Of a stretch of DNA of 57,954 nt, positions 47,151 to 56,341 are shown in pieces. The stretch spans positions 1 through 57,954 of the IMG/VR virus record IMGVR_UViG_3300029171_000007. One strand, written 5' to 3'. Both the position numbers and the translations under genes were made by a program. How positions within the stretch are numbered: position 1 is the first letter of the stretch; every line of letters starts with the position of its first letter. The notes under the pieces were generated by a model. The model saw only the letters and a list, made by a program, of their open reading frames with translations, was not told the origin of the DNA and made no database searches. This stretch comes from a virus (Duplodnaviria > Caudoviricetes).

Positions 47151-50100
47151 ATGGCCGAAAGAATAATAGGATTCAGCATCAAAGTCGCCGGGGTGGACGC
47201 CACGGTAAAGCAATTGGCCGCGGTCGAATTGGAACTGGAGGCAATCAATAAGAGCCTAAAGGAAGCGAAGAAGCTGGGCGATACCGACACTTATGGAAAG
47301 CTTCGCACCGACCAGGAGAATGCGCGCAAGTCCGCCAAAGACTTGAACGCGGAACTGACCAACCAAAAGCGCCGCTTTGACGAGCTCAGCGCCGCCGCTG
47401 GTAGCTTTCGGCAAATGGCTGCTGAGCTTGGAAGGCTCAGGGCTGAATACCGCGACCTGAGCGCCGAGGACAGAAAGTCCACTGTGGGGCAAAACCTTAT
47501 CAAGAATATCCAAAGGCTGGACGCAGAGGTCAAGAAGATAGACTATTCCCTTGGCAATTTCCAACGAAATGTTGGGAACTACCGCAGCGCGTTTGACGGC
47601 ATCGCGCAAGGGCTTGTCAGGCTTGGCGGCATTACGGGAATAGGGCTTGGCATATCCGAGGCGACCGCGGCCACGATAGAATACTCTCGCGCATTCGCCG
47701 ACCTTTCCGCGATATTGGGCGTGACCGGTGCGGAAGCGGAAGCACTTGAAACCATTATTGGACAGCTCTCCCAAATCACTTTGGACAATGGCGCCGTCAT
47801 TATCAACACTTATGACGAGATCGCCACCGCGCTGAAGTTGGTGGGCTCCAATGCCCCGGAGTTGCTCAAGAACAAAGAGGCACTTGCGGCCGTGACCAAA
47901 GAGGCGCTTATATTGGCCAAAGCTTCCGGCGATGGGTTGGAGCCATCCGCCAAGGCGCTCACGGTAACGATGAACCAATTCGGATTGGCGGCCACCGACG
48001 CAAAGGACATTATCAATGCATTGGCCGCTGGTTCCGTTGCCGGTTCCGTGGAGATACCCGGAATCACGGAAGCCTTGGGCAAATTCGGCGCGACGGCCAA
48101 GGGCGCCAACGTCAGTCTGGAAGAGTCGGTTGCACTCATCGAGACGATGGGCGAGGCGGGTATTCCCTTGGACGTCACTGGCACGTCACTGCGCAATATC
48201 CTGCTTTCCCTTACCGCTGCCGACGCGCTTCCCAAACGCACGCAGAAAGCCTTCCAAGAGGCTGGCGTGAGCGTGGCGGTGCTGACCAATAACGCGCTGC
48301 CACTTCGTGTAAGGTTGGAGGAAATCAGCAAGATTTCGGGGGATGCGGGGCAACTGCTTGAAGTGTTCGGCAAAGAAAACATCAACGCGGCCCAAGCCCT
48401 TTTGAGCAACTTGCCCATCTATGACAAGTTCGCCGCATCCGTTCAAGGCACCAACGCGGCCTATGAGGCTGCCGGAATCAACGCCGACTCTTTTGCCCAG
48501 GACGTGGAGAATTTGAAGAACATCCTTATCAACTTGGCCACTGGCGTGGTTGGCATAGTTGTGCCGGCACTGTCCTCGCTGGTAAGGTTGATTGAAAAGT
48601 TTGGGCCAAACCTCGCAGCCGCAGCCCTTGCCTTGGGCCTATACCAAGCACAACTGGCGCTTACCGCCTACAACGCGGGATTGGCAGCCGCTGGCATGGC
48701 AGAAATGACCGTCGCGCAGTTCGCATTGAACCAAGTTACGGCGGCGTTCAATTTACTCGCCAAGGCTTCGCCTTACATCCTTATCGCTGGTGCCGTGTTC
48801 GCGGCCGTCGAAGCCATCAAGTACTTGATAGCGGAACAAGAAAACCTCACCACAGTGGTTGAGGACACGAACAAGGCCATCGACGAGGGTATTAAGACCT
48901 ACGCCCAAGAGGCCAACTCCATCAATGCGCTGTTCTCTGTTCTCCAATCCGAGACCGCATCGAGGGAAGAAAAGCAAAAGGCAATTGACACGCTGCAAAA
49001 GACCTACCCCAAATACCTTGAGAACATTGATTTGGAGAAGGCGTCAAGCGCCCAGCTAAAGGAAATCAACGACGGGCTGAATGCTTCCATCCTTGACCGG
49101 GTAGTGCTCCAGATACAGGAGAACGAAGCCAAGAGGATAGGCAACGAACTGGCACAAGCACAACTGGAACTGGCCAAGGCTCGTGAGCAGCAACAAAAGT
49201 TTGCATCTGACACGTTCATTCAAGGCCAAACCGGAACAATCCTTCCCGGAAGAAGCCTGAGCGCGGCAAATGCCCAAGCGGCGCAAGCATCGGCCAAAAT
49301 CAGGGAACTGCAAGACGGGTTGAACAGGCTTGGAAACATTGGCGACGAGTTGAGGAAAACGCTTGCACAAGTCAACTTGTCAACGTTTGGGGTTGCCGAT
49401 GCGTCATCCACCGCCAAGACCGCATCCGACGAGTTGACGGAAGCCCAACGCAAGGAGGAGGAGCAAGCCAAGAAGACGGCGGCCGCTCAGGAAAAGGCCA
49501 ACCGCGCAAAGGAAAAGGCAGCGGAGAAAACCAAGGAAGAAAAGATTACTCTTCAAGGTTTGAGGGAGGAACTGTTCAAGGTGCAGGATGAAATTGATTC
49601 GTTTGAAAACGACTCCCTCATCCCCAAATCCCTGCTCGATCGCTTTGACGCCATCAAGAAGAAGATACGCGACGTAGAGGACCAATTGGCAAAGCTCAGG
49701 CAAGACCCGGAGGACCTGGGAGGAAAGGCCAAAGGCCCAGACCTTACCCCGACCATCGACATTGATGCGCTCAAAAAGCAATTGGACGAAGAGAACCAAG
49801 TGACGAAAGACGCGGCAGATGCTTTGGTAGGCATCAAGCAGGACGAGGAGGCGAGAAAGTTACAAGTGGCGTTGGAGGCCATCGACGAGGAGAACAGGAG
49901 ACGGGAAGAAGCTGCCGAGCACCAAAAGCGGTTGCAACAAGACATCTTTGATTACCTCAAGCAAAGCCTTGACGCTGCCCAAGGTGTCGCGGACGTGGCA
50001 TTTGACAACCAAACCGCGGCCATCGAGGAACGCTATCAGCGTGAATTGGACTTGGCCCAGGGCAACGCGGCACAAATACAGAACGCCGAGGAGCGCAAGA

Positions 50101-50837
50101 ACGCCGCACTGGAAGAACTACAGCGCAAGCAGGCCCGCGTACAAAAGTCCATAGCGATTGCCCAGGCCATCATGAACGCGGCCGTTGCCATCGTGAACAT
50201 CTTGGCGGAACCACCTACCGACCCATTTGGTATCACGAAGGGCATAAGGATTGCCATCACGTCCGCGCTCGCAGCCGTGGAGATTGGCACCATCGCAGCG
50301 GCCAAATTTGCCGAGGGTGGTATTCTTCCCACCGGCGATGGGGAAGTCATTGGCCAAAGCCACGACAATGGGGGCGTGCGCTTCCAATCTGGCAACCGTC
50401 CAGTAGAAGTAGAGGGGGGCGAATGGATGGCCGACGCTGAAGACGGGAGCAAGGTCGTCATCAACAAACGCTCCGCCCTCGCCCATCGCGCCCTACTCCA
50501 CTCCACCAAAGGGAAAATGTTCCCCGGAAAGAAGGCGTTGCTTTCCCAAATAAACTCCAGCGGTGGATTTGGAAAGATGTTCGCCCAGGGCGGTATCCTT
50601 CAACCGGCTCCACGTGTCCCGCTCAACGCGCCCATGGTGACAACCAATCAATCCTCGTTTGCCACCAACGAACTGCTTGCCCACTCGCAAACGATCATGG
50701 ACAATAACGAGTTGCTGATGGCCTATATCACGGCCACCAATAACCGCATCGATAACCTTACCGTTTACACCGACCCCACCGATATTTACCAAAAGGGCAA
50801 GGCCGGAGAGACGTTGAAACAAACCAGACAGCTATGA
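47151..50837 (+). CDS. Tape measure protein
   Basis: 1228 aa, Ala/Leu/Glu helical; RNVGNY, TP901-like core (GTSLRNIL), FAEGG, EVEGGE. Confidence 0.93.
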   Translation: MAERIIGFSIKVAGVDATVKQLAAVELELEAINKSLKEAKKLGDTDTYGKLRTDQENARKSAKDLNAELTNQKRRFDELSAAAGSFRQMAAELGRLRAEYRDLSAEDRKSTVGQNLIKNIQRLDAEVKKIDYSLGNFQRNVGNYRSAFDGIAQGLVRLGGITGIGLGISEATAATIEYSRAFADLSAILGVTGAEAEALETIIGQLSQITLDNGAVIINTYDEIATALKLVGSNAPELLKNKEALAAVTKEALILAKASGDGLEPSAKALTVTMNQFGLAATDAKDIINALAAGSVAGSVEIPGITEALGKFGATAKGANVSLEESVALIETMGEAGIPLDVTGTSLRNILLSLTAADALPKRTQKAFQEAGVSVAVLTNNALPLRVRLEEISKISGDAGQLLEVFGKENINAAQALLSNLPIYDKFAASVQGTNAAYEAAGINADSFAQDVENLKNILINLATGVVGIVVPALSSLVRLIEKFGPNLAAAALALGLYQAQLALTAYNAGLAAAGMAEMTVAQFALNQVTAAFNLLAKASPYILIAGAVFAAVEAIKYLIAEQENLTTVVEDTNKAIDEGIKTYAQEANSINALFSVLQSETASREEKQKAIDTLQKTYPKYLENIDLEKASSAQLKEINDGLNASILDRVVLQIQENEAKRIGNELAQAQLELAKAREQQQKFASDTFIQGQTGTILPGRSLSAANAQAAQASAKIRELQDGLNRLGNIGDELRKTLAQVNLSTFGVADASSTAKTASDELTEAQRKEEEQAKKTAAAQEKANRAKEKAAEKTKEEKITLQGLREELFKVQDEIDSFENDSLIPKSLLDRFDAIKKKIRDVEDQLAKLRQDPEDLGGKAKGPDLTPTIDIDALKKQLDEENQVTKDAADALVGIKQDEEARKLQVALEAIDEENRRREEAAEHQKRLQQDIFDYLKQSLDAAQGVADVAFDNQTAAIEERYQRELDLAQGNAAQIQNAEERKNAALEELQRKQARVQKSIAIAQAIMNAAVAIVNILAEPPTDPFGITKGIRIAITSALAAVEIGTIAAAKFAEGGILPTGDGEVIGQSHDNGGVRFQSGNRPVEVEGGEWMADAEDGSKVVINKRSALAHRALLHSTKGKMFPGKKALLSQINSSGGFGKMFAQGGILQPAPRVPLNAPMVTTNQSSFATNELLAHSQTIMDNNELLMAYITATNNRIDNLTVYTDPTDIYQKGKAGETLKQTRQL

Positions 50838-51067
50838 CCTTGCCCCAATACAAACCGGGAAGGATAAGCCCATCTATTTATCCAAAGATTGCCGAGTGCC
50901 TAAAGACCAACACGGTCCACTACGGCGCGATTCTTATTCAGATATACAACGAGAACCAGGTCGGGGAAAGGCTGTGCAGCACATGCCCGGACAGCATAAT
51001 GGTGGCAAGGTTGACATTCCAAAACATTTTAGAAGACGCCGGATATTATGATAGTCAAAGTCAGTGA
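50834..51067 (+). CDS. Hypothetical protein (CSTC motif)
   Basis: ATGA overlap with the tape measure gene. Confidence 0.6.
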   Translation: MTLPQYKPGRISPSIYPKIAECLKTNTVHYGAILIQIYNENQVGERLCSTCPDSIMVARLTFQNILEDAGYYDSQSQ

Positions 51068-51332
51068 ACTGTGCGTGAACTCGCGCAAGCATACCATCAA
51101 GGAACTACGGTTGCTCTTTCGCTCCAACGTGGACGAAAGGATCAGCGGTTATGTGCTGAACATGATGAGCGAACGCGAAATGCGGCGCCTCATCGCAATG
51201 GCCATCTATGACCGTGCCGTGACCCACAAGAACAGGCAAATGGCCATGGGCAGAATTGCGGGCTATTTGTGCATCTCCGTGTCCTCCATAGAAAAGTGGT
51301 GCCCGGCCAAAAAAAAGAGGCCATTGGACTAA
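51048..51332 (+). CDS. Hypothetical protein, possible C-terminal HTH
   Basis: IAGYLCISVSSIEKW. Confidence 0.55.
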   Translation: MIVKVSELCVNSRKHTIKELRLLFRSNVDERISGYVLNMMSEREMRRLIAMAIYDRAVTHKNRQMAMGRIAGYLCISVSSIEKWCPAKKKRPLD

Positions 51333-51376
51333 TCCAATGACCTCATGGCACATGTTCAACCACGAGCATGATTCCT

Positions 51377-51586
51377 TTAGAGCTTTCGTTCGATGGCTTC
51401 CCTCCTGATTCTGCGCAACTCCGGACCAATATCGTCCGGGTGCTCAAGTTCCTTGGCCGCAAGAAGCACCATTCTTACCGTCTCCGATTTGGAGGTAAGT
51501 TGATCGTAGGTTTGCACCGTCTCTTCGTTTAGGAGTATCGTGCGGGTAAATTTCGCGTCCCGCATTCTATTGGGAGAAGTTTTCAT
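51377..51586 (-). CDS. Ribbon-helix-helix-like DNA-binding protein
   Basis: FTRTILLN-EETVQTYDQL-SKSETVRMVL pattern; TATATTTG box ends 4 nt before the ATG (probably leaderless). Confidence 0.5.
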   Translation of the reverse strand: MKTSPNRMRDAKFTRTILLNEETVQTYDQLTSKSETVRMVLLAAKELEHPDDIGPELRRIRREAIERKL

Positions 51587-51622
51587 GGGGCAAATATAAT
51601 TGTAATTCATTAATTATAAGCA

Positions 51623-53290
51623 TTACGACGCTATAATTTTTAACGTCTCGCTGGATTGGGGGCGACGGCTCGCGATTTCTGCCGCCACATATTTGGCCCA
51701 TTTGTCGTTGGCCATCTGCGAGGCGAAGGGCTCCCCCACCCTAACGGGTTTGCCCTGGCACTCGTTCACCCCGGCTATGAGGATTCTGCTTTCGTCGTTC
51801 GGGTCGAGCCAACATGCGTAGCCGTTTTGCGCGAAGTCGCTCACGTCGGCAAGTGCTTTCACCCGGTTGTCGAATTTTGCCTTAGGGGTAGCTGAGATGT
51901 AGGAACGCCTCCACCTCTGTGCAAGTAAATCATAGCGGGCTTTGTGGTTGAAGTGGATGCGGGTTTCTGTGTGCGTCGACATGTGTTTGATGATGGTCTT
52001 GCCCGCTACAGCTTTCAGTAGGTCATGTGCCTCTTCTTGGGTCTGTGGCTCCTCTTTTGGCTTGTAGTCCTCCTGTATGCCCTCTGTGTCATCTACGGGC
52101 TGTATGTTTTGTGCTACAGCACCTACAGGGGGTTGTGTCTTTGTTGTATGAGTGATTGTAGTACCGTCGTCGTTCACGGTGACAACCTTTTTTGTAGTTG
52201 TGTCAGGATCTGTATCTGGGTCGTAGTCCACGTCCTCGGAGGAAATCTTTCCGTCCCCGTTCGTGTCCTTCACGCCCCCGCTCAGGTAGAGTAGTACCAG
52301 GAACACGCGGCACAACACTTGAAGCCCGGAAGCACCAAGGCCGAACCAGCGGAACAAGGAAATGAAGTTGCCCTCGCTGGTCTGGGCCTTGGTCATCAAG
52401 GCTTGGTTTCGCGCAATGGCTTCCTGCATCAATGCGGCTTTGTTGGCAATGGCTGCATCAATCAACGCCTGCTTTTTGTCAAGCAGTTCGTCACGCTTGC
52501 TGATCGTGGACGCGGATGATTTAGACACTTGGCTTTCCAGTTCTTTGGGCGCCCACTTGTTCCCCTCGTTTACCAAGGCAACCAAGCTACCCAACGATTT
52601 CTTTTTGCGCTCTTCAACTAGGCGAGTGCGATCGTTCAGCAACTGTATGTCTTTATCTACAAGCGCTACATCTTTGGCAAGCGCCTCGTCTTGGCGTCTG
52701 CTCAGGTCATCCAAATCAATGGGCCGTTCCTTATTCTCCTTCCAAGTGTAGGCGTCATTTGCGCCCATGTAGGACGTCATCCACGACATCCCGAACATCA
52801 GCACGGCAATGGCGCCCACCATTGCCCAGGCGGTGAAGGAATAAACCAAGTGCATCGTGGCAGCCCACGCGTTGGGGAATGCCCCTTTCTTGTAGGCAGA
52901 CGTCCAAAAGCCCATGGGGAAGACGAACAGTTCATAGATAAATTTAGTGCTAAATTGCCTAAACCCGTAGTCGCTGATGTAGCTGACGGCCACAATCAAC
53001 ACGAATGCCACGATGCCGGCGAAAGGCTTGGAGCCCGTGTTGTTGACGGTCATCGTGTAGGCGACGGTCCCGATGGACACGGCGGACGTGACCACGCTGG
53101 CCCAGATGGCAACGGTTTCCACCGTCAGGGCGATGGACTTGACGTTGTTCCGCTTGGGGTCGATGTCGCCGGGGAACAAGGCCGACTTGATGGAGGCGAA
53201 AAGTTTACCAAATCCCCCGAGCTTCTTGGCTTGGGAAATACCGAAAACCGAAGAGCCGACAATGATTGCGATGATTGCAATGAAATACAT
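51623..53290 (-). CDS. Multi-pass membrane protein with coiled coil, low-complexity linker and soluble C-terminal domain
   Basis: About 5 hydrophobic helices; heptad-rich aa ~185-305; D/T-rich linker. Confidence 0.8.
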   Translation of the reverse strand: MYFIAIIAIIVGSSVFGISQAKKLGGFGKLFASIKSALFPGDIDPKRNNVKSIALTVETVAIWASVVTSAVSIGTVAYTMTVNNTGSKPFAGIVAFVLIVAVSYISDYGFRQFSTKFIYELFVFPMGFWTSAYKKGAFPNAWAATMHLVYSFTAWAMVGAIAVLMFGMSWMTSYMGANDAYTWKENKERPIDLDDLSRRQDEALAKDVALVDKDIQLLNDRTRLVEERKKKSLGSLVALVNEGNKWAPKELESQVSKSSASTISKRDELLDKKQALIDAAIANKAALMQEAIARNQALMTKAQTSEGNFISLFRWFGLGASGLQVLCRVFLVLLYLSGGVKDTNGDGKISSEDVDYDPDTDPDTTTKKVVTVNDDGTTITHTTKTQPPVGAVAQNIQPVDDTEGIQEDYKPKEEPQTQEEAHDLLKAVAGKTIIKHMSTHTETRIHFNHKARYDLLAQRWRRSYISATPKAKFDNRVKALADVSDFAQNGYACWLDPNDESRILIAGVNECQGKPVRVGEPFASQMANDKWAKYVAAEIASRRPQSSETLKIIAS

Positions 53291-53301
53291 AGTGGTTGAA
53301 T

Positions 53302-53616
53302 TTATGGTTGAATAAAAGTGATGCCTTGATAACCTTCATCGTCCACCTCGTCATGGATGATGAAATTCGTGTCTGGGTCGTACCCGTCAAGCGGGTCTGA
53401 TACAAAACATTTGTCGCTGCCTGCTACAGCTTTGCTACAGTTGTCGCCAGTTGTCGGTACTTGTCGCCAATTGTCGCCAGTTGTCGCGTGGCGAACGTCG
53501 GCGAATTCATCCGAATTAAAGCGAATTAAAGCGAATTCGCGGTAAAGATGCGCGTAGCTCATGGCCGCGATGGACGCGGCGAAGGGGAGGCCGATTATGA
53601 TTTCAGGTTGTATCAT
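53302..53616 (-). CDS. Small membrane-anchored protein spanning the 10-bp repeat array
   Basis: N-terminal hydrophobic helix; TTGDN repeats arise from the DNA repeats. Confidence 0.5.
   Translation of the reverse strand: MIQPEIIIGLPFAASIAAMSYAHLYREFALIRFNSDEFADVRHATTGDNWRQVPTTGDNCSKAVAGSDKCFVSDPLDGYDPDTNFIIHDEVDDEGYQGITFIQP
53411..53540. repeat. 10-bp-phased tandem repeat array
   Basis: TTGTCG at 53411, 53441, 53451, 53461, 53471, 53481, then (G/C)CGAA at 53491, 53501, 53511, 53521, 53531. Confidence 0.85.
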
Positions 53617-53726
53617 GGGTCAAATCTATGAATGATTATTTATAATGAAAAATAATTATAAATAATTTCATTCAAAAAATCTATATCCCACAATGCTTTG
53701 CGGCAAATCGTGAAAAAAAGTTTACA

Positions 53727-53778
53727 AAAATATACCGTCAGGTATTGACATTATAAAATTCCTTATTATCTTTGCAAC
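53727..53778 (+). promoter_or_regulatory. Early promoter (extended Bacteroidota type)
   Basis: AAAAATATAC-n5-AGGTATTG-...-TTATTATCTTTGCAA; same architecture at 55131-55183. Confidence 0.75.
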
Positions 53779-53829
53779 ATCAAAACGCGAAAGCGCAAGT
53801 AAATTATCACCTCTTCAAAATTATCACAG

Positions 53830-54201
53830 ATGAATAAGCAGATCCTTTCCAAACTTTTCACACGTGCCTGGGGCTTGGCCCGTCGTGCTGTTACCCGCTT
53901 CGGCGGGAAGGTTTCCGAGTTCTTTGCTGAATCTCTCCGCACCATCTGGCAGGAGATGAAGTTGGGCCCTGATTCCAAAGTGACCATCCGCGTGATGCTT
54001 GAGAACAGAACCGACAAGGCTATCTTGGTAAACCTTGAGCAGCCCAAGGGAACGTGGATTCCCCAATCAATTATTCAGTGGGAGTCCGATATGGCCACGA
54101 CCGGCTACTACACCGGCCATGTGCTGGTGACAATGCCAGTTTGGAAGTTCCGCGAACTCTTACGCTCATTCCCTTGGATGTGCCAATTCCTCACCGATTA
54201 G
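53830..54201 (+). CDS. Hypothetical early protein
   Basis: AW..AR...FGG...E...L...W pattern and WIPQS. Confidence 0.7.
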   Translation: MNKQILSKLFTRAWGLARRAVTRFGGKVSEFFAESLRTIWQEMKLGPDSKVTIRVMLENRTDKAILVNLEQPKGTWIPQSIIQWESDMATTGYYTGHVLVTMPVWKFRELLRSFPWMCQFLTD

Positions 54202-54233
54202 TATTTATCACTCACAATCAATATCCATCAATC

Positions 54234-54899
54234 ATGAAACAGTCTGAATCCATAACCCTCCTCCGCCAAGAACTTCTTGGCCTCATTGAATACTTCCACG
54301 AAGGTCGCTTCATTCTTCGGAAGGAGCACGAGAATCAATCCCAGCGCATCTATATCGGTGACGGCAAAGAGGCTGTTGAAAAGTACCTCAGCTTGCAGCC
54401 CTCCAAGAAGTTCCTTGTGTGGCTGCAAGATACCCACTCAACCATTGAAACTTCATTCGCGGTCAATTGCGGGGTAGAAGTACGGGTGGAGGAACACAAG
54501 TTCCACACGCCCACCATCACCTTGATGGAGGAGGCGCCAATGAGCAAGATTGATTTAGTGGCTTGGGGCTTCTACCCCGATGGATTTACCCCTGTTTATT
54601 CTGACTCTATCTTGGAAGAGCACCGTGCCAAACACCGTAACGAGTGCCGCCAAATGCTGGACAATAGAAGGGGCTACACCCCGCAGCCTATTCGTGGCTA
54701 CAGATATGAAGAGTTTATTGACGAAACGGCCCATCCTCAGTATTGCAGGGCCATCTTGCTTGATTCGGATAATGTCGTCATACGCGATTTGGGTCGCGTG
54801 CTTCCAACGGTTCAGCAAGCCGACTATCTTTCCAGCGTCCTTTGCGAACTGGAGATTGAGGCGACATATCGTGAACTCAATAAAATGACCGCGCAATGA
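54234..54899 (+). CDS. Hypothetical protein
   Basis: Start set at ATG 54234, after the previous stop. Confidence 0.65.
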   Translation: MKQSESITLLRQELLGLIEYFHEGRFILRKEHENQSQRIYIGDGKEAVEKYLSLQPSKKFLVWLQDTHSTIETSFAVNCGVEVRVEEHKFHTPTITLMEEAPMSKIDLVAWGFYPDGFTPVYSDSILEEHRAKHRNECRQMLDNRRGYTPQPIRGYRYEEFIDETAHPQYCRAILLDSDNVVIRDLGRVLPTVQQADYLSSVLCELEIEATYRELNKMTAQ

Positions 54900-55126
54900 G
54901 TGGGCATTGGCTGGACTACCTGCCCGAGGTAGGTAAGTTCCTGATGGGGCAAGCGGTTTATCAATCGTGCCTTGCGGAGGAGATAAAACAGGCAGAAGAT
55001 AAACTAGAGCTTCTGAGAGAGAAGTATCGACTAGAAGAAGTACGTCTTCGAAAGCTTGCCTCTGAGCATTGGACACAAGAAGAGATCAACAAGGCCGTGA
55101 TAGACTGTAGCGAGGCCAAAAAATAA
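54896..55126 (+). CDS. Hypothetical protein
   Basis: ATGA overlap. Confidence 0.6.
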   Translation: MSGHWLDYLPEVGKFLMGQAVYQSCLAEEIKQAEDKLELLREKYRLEEVRLRKLASEHWTQEEINKAVIDCSEAKK

Positions 55127-55240
55127 TTTAAAAAATATACGCAAAGGTATTGCACAGTTCAAACCCGCTTATTACCTTTGCAATACATTAGACGAAAGCA
55201 CGGCAGTTAGTTCGTATATCGCTTCTGAAAATATATTTAT

Positions 55241-55654
55241 ATGGCAATGACACTAGAAACATTATACAAGGCAAGGCAGCTTCTTGTTTCGCTGGGGACG
55301 CTAAGGGCATACGCCGACTCATACGAGCGCTCTGGCATTAGAACAATAGAGCTGGAGGCATTGGGATTTGGAAGCCTGATTTTTGACAACGAAGTAGATG
55401 AGCAAGTGAATGACGATATAAAAAAAGCAATTTTTGACGTGGCTTGCCCAAGGATAGACGAGTTGCAAGACGAGCTTATATCATTAGGGGTGCCTGACAC
55501 CATCCAAAGCAACATAGGTAAAATAATAGAAATCGTAGAACAAGTCGGGGAGGCACAAGTCAAAGCGCGAGCATACGGTCTTGGGAGATTCGAAGTGGCG
55601 TTAGAAGTAGCGCTAAAGCAAATAGACCTGGACTTGGTAAAATATCCAGAATGA
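55241..55654 (+). CDS. Hypothetical protein
   Basis: Follows the promoter at about 55169. Confidence 0.65.
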   Translation: MAMTLETLYKARQLLVSLGTLRAYADSYERSGIRTIELEALGFGSLIFDNEVDEQVNDDIKKAIFDVACPRIDELQDELISLGVPDTIQSNIGKIIEIVEQVGEAQVKARAYGLGRFEVALEVALKQIDLDLVKYPE

Positions 55655-55746
55655 TCAAGACAAGCCCTAAAGAGGGCCGAGTACGCGGAGGGCATGGCCG
55701 CGCAACTATTTCGCTGACAATGGGTGGGTAGCTCATTCAGCATGCC

Positions 55747-55821
55747 AAAGGGGTGGCCGAGCGGTAAGGCGTTGGGTTTGACATAGCCCAAAACTCCCGG
55801 GTTCGATTCCCGGCCCCTAAC
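55747..55821 (+). ncRNA. tRNA-like element / pseudo-tRNA with non-canonical anticodon arm
   Basis: A-box TGGCCGAGCGGTAAGGC, T-arm CCGGG-TTCGATT-CCCGG, stem TTGGG/CCCAA with 10-nt loop, 5-bp acceptor. Confidence 0.65.
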
Positions 55822-55884
55822 GAAGAGGATTCACGCAAAGTGGATTTATTTTGTGAATTAAGTCCGGAGTGATAACCGGCAACT

Positions 55885-55917
55885 GGTGGCCGCCATAAAG
55901 TTGGTGGCCACCTTTTT
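55885..55917 (+). terminator. Intrinsic terminator
   Basis: GGTGGCCGCCA-n6-TGGTGGCCACC-TTTTT. Confidence 0.8.
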
Positions 55918-55929
55918 AAAAACTCACCA

Positions 55930-56163
55930 ATGAAACAGATTCAAGAAAATATTATGAACGAGGTCTCGCGTCAAATGTCGATTGTCGGCGTTGACCGTAC
56001 CGCATTGGCCGAGTCGATGGGCGTCACGACGGGATTCATTTCCCACTTGTTCAAGGGCCGTCGCAAGCTCACGCTTGTGCACATGGCGCAATTTGAACAG
56101 GCCCTCAAATGCCAGTTCCAAATCACAGTTCAACCACAACAACCAAATGAAGTTAAGCCTTAA
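55930..56163 (+). CDS. XRE/Cro-family HTH regulator
   Basis: RTALAESMGVTTGFISHLFKGRRKLTL...EQAL. Confidence 0.85.
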   Translation: MKQIQENIMNEVSRQMSIVGVDRTALAESMGVTTGFISHLFKGRRKLTLVHMAQFEQALKCQFQITVQPQQPNEVKP

Positions 56164-56341
56164 ATCTCAGCCCTGCATTAAGTGCGGTCTTCCGGTACTT
56201 CCGATGTATGAAGAGGAGCATGGAGATGGAGCCGTTTATCCCACTCCCTGCCTCTGCGAGGATTGCATCGAGTTTGCCGAGGTAAACGAAATCCTTGACG
56301 GCCCACTTCGCGAAAAAATCCATATTGATTTACCCTTTTAA
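56147..56341 (+). CDS. Small zinc-finger protein
   Basis: CIKC...CEDC; ATG 56147 preceded by TTCAACCAC. Confidence 0.6.
   Translation: MKLSLKSQPCIKCGLPVLPMYEEEHGDGAVYPTPCLCEDCIEFAEVNEILDGPLREKIHIDLPF

Noticed and set aside
43567-50837. Diversity-generating retroelement or invertible tail cassette
   Set aside because: No reverse transcriptase, recombinase or TR/VR repeat pair noticed.
51355-51532. TTCAACCAC followed by a short plus-strand ORF antisense to the RHH-like gene
   Set aside because: Only about 54 codons, no motif, and fully overlaps a better-supported gene; cannot be supported.
53411-53540. Possible CRISPR or mini-array
   Set aside because: Units are 10 bp with no unique spacers. 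The same applies to the iteron arrays, and no cas genes are seen.
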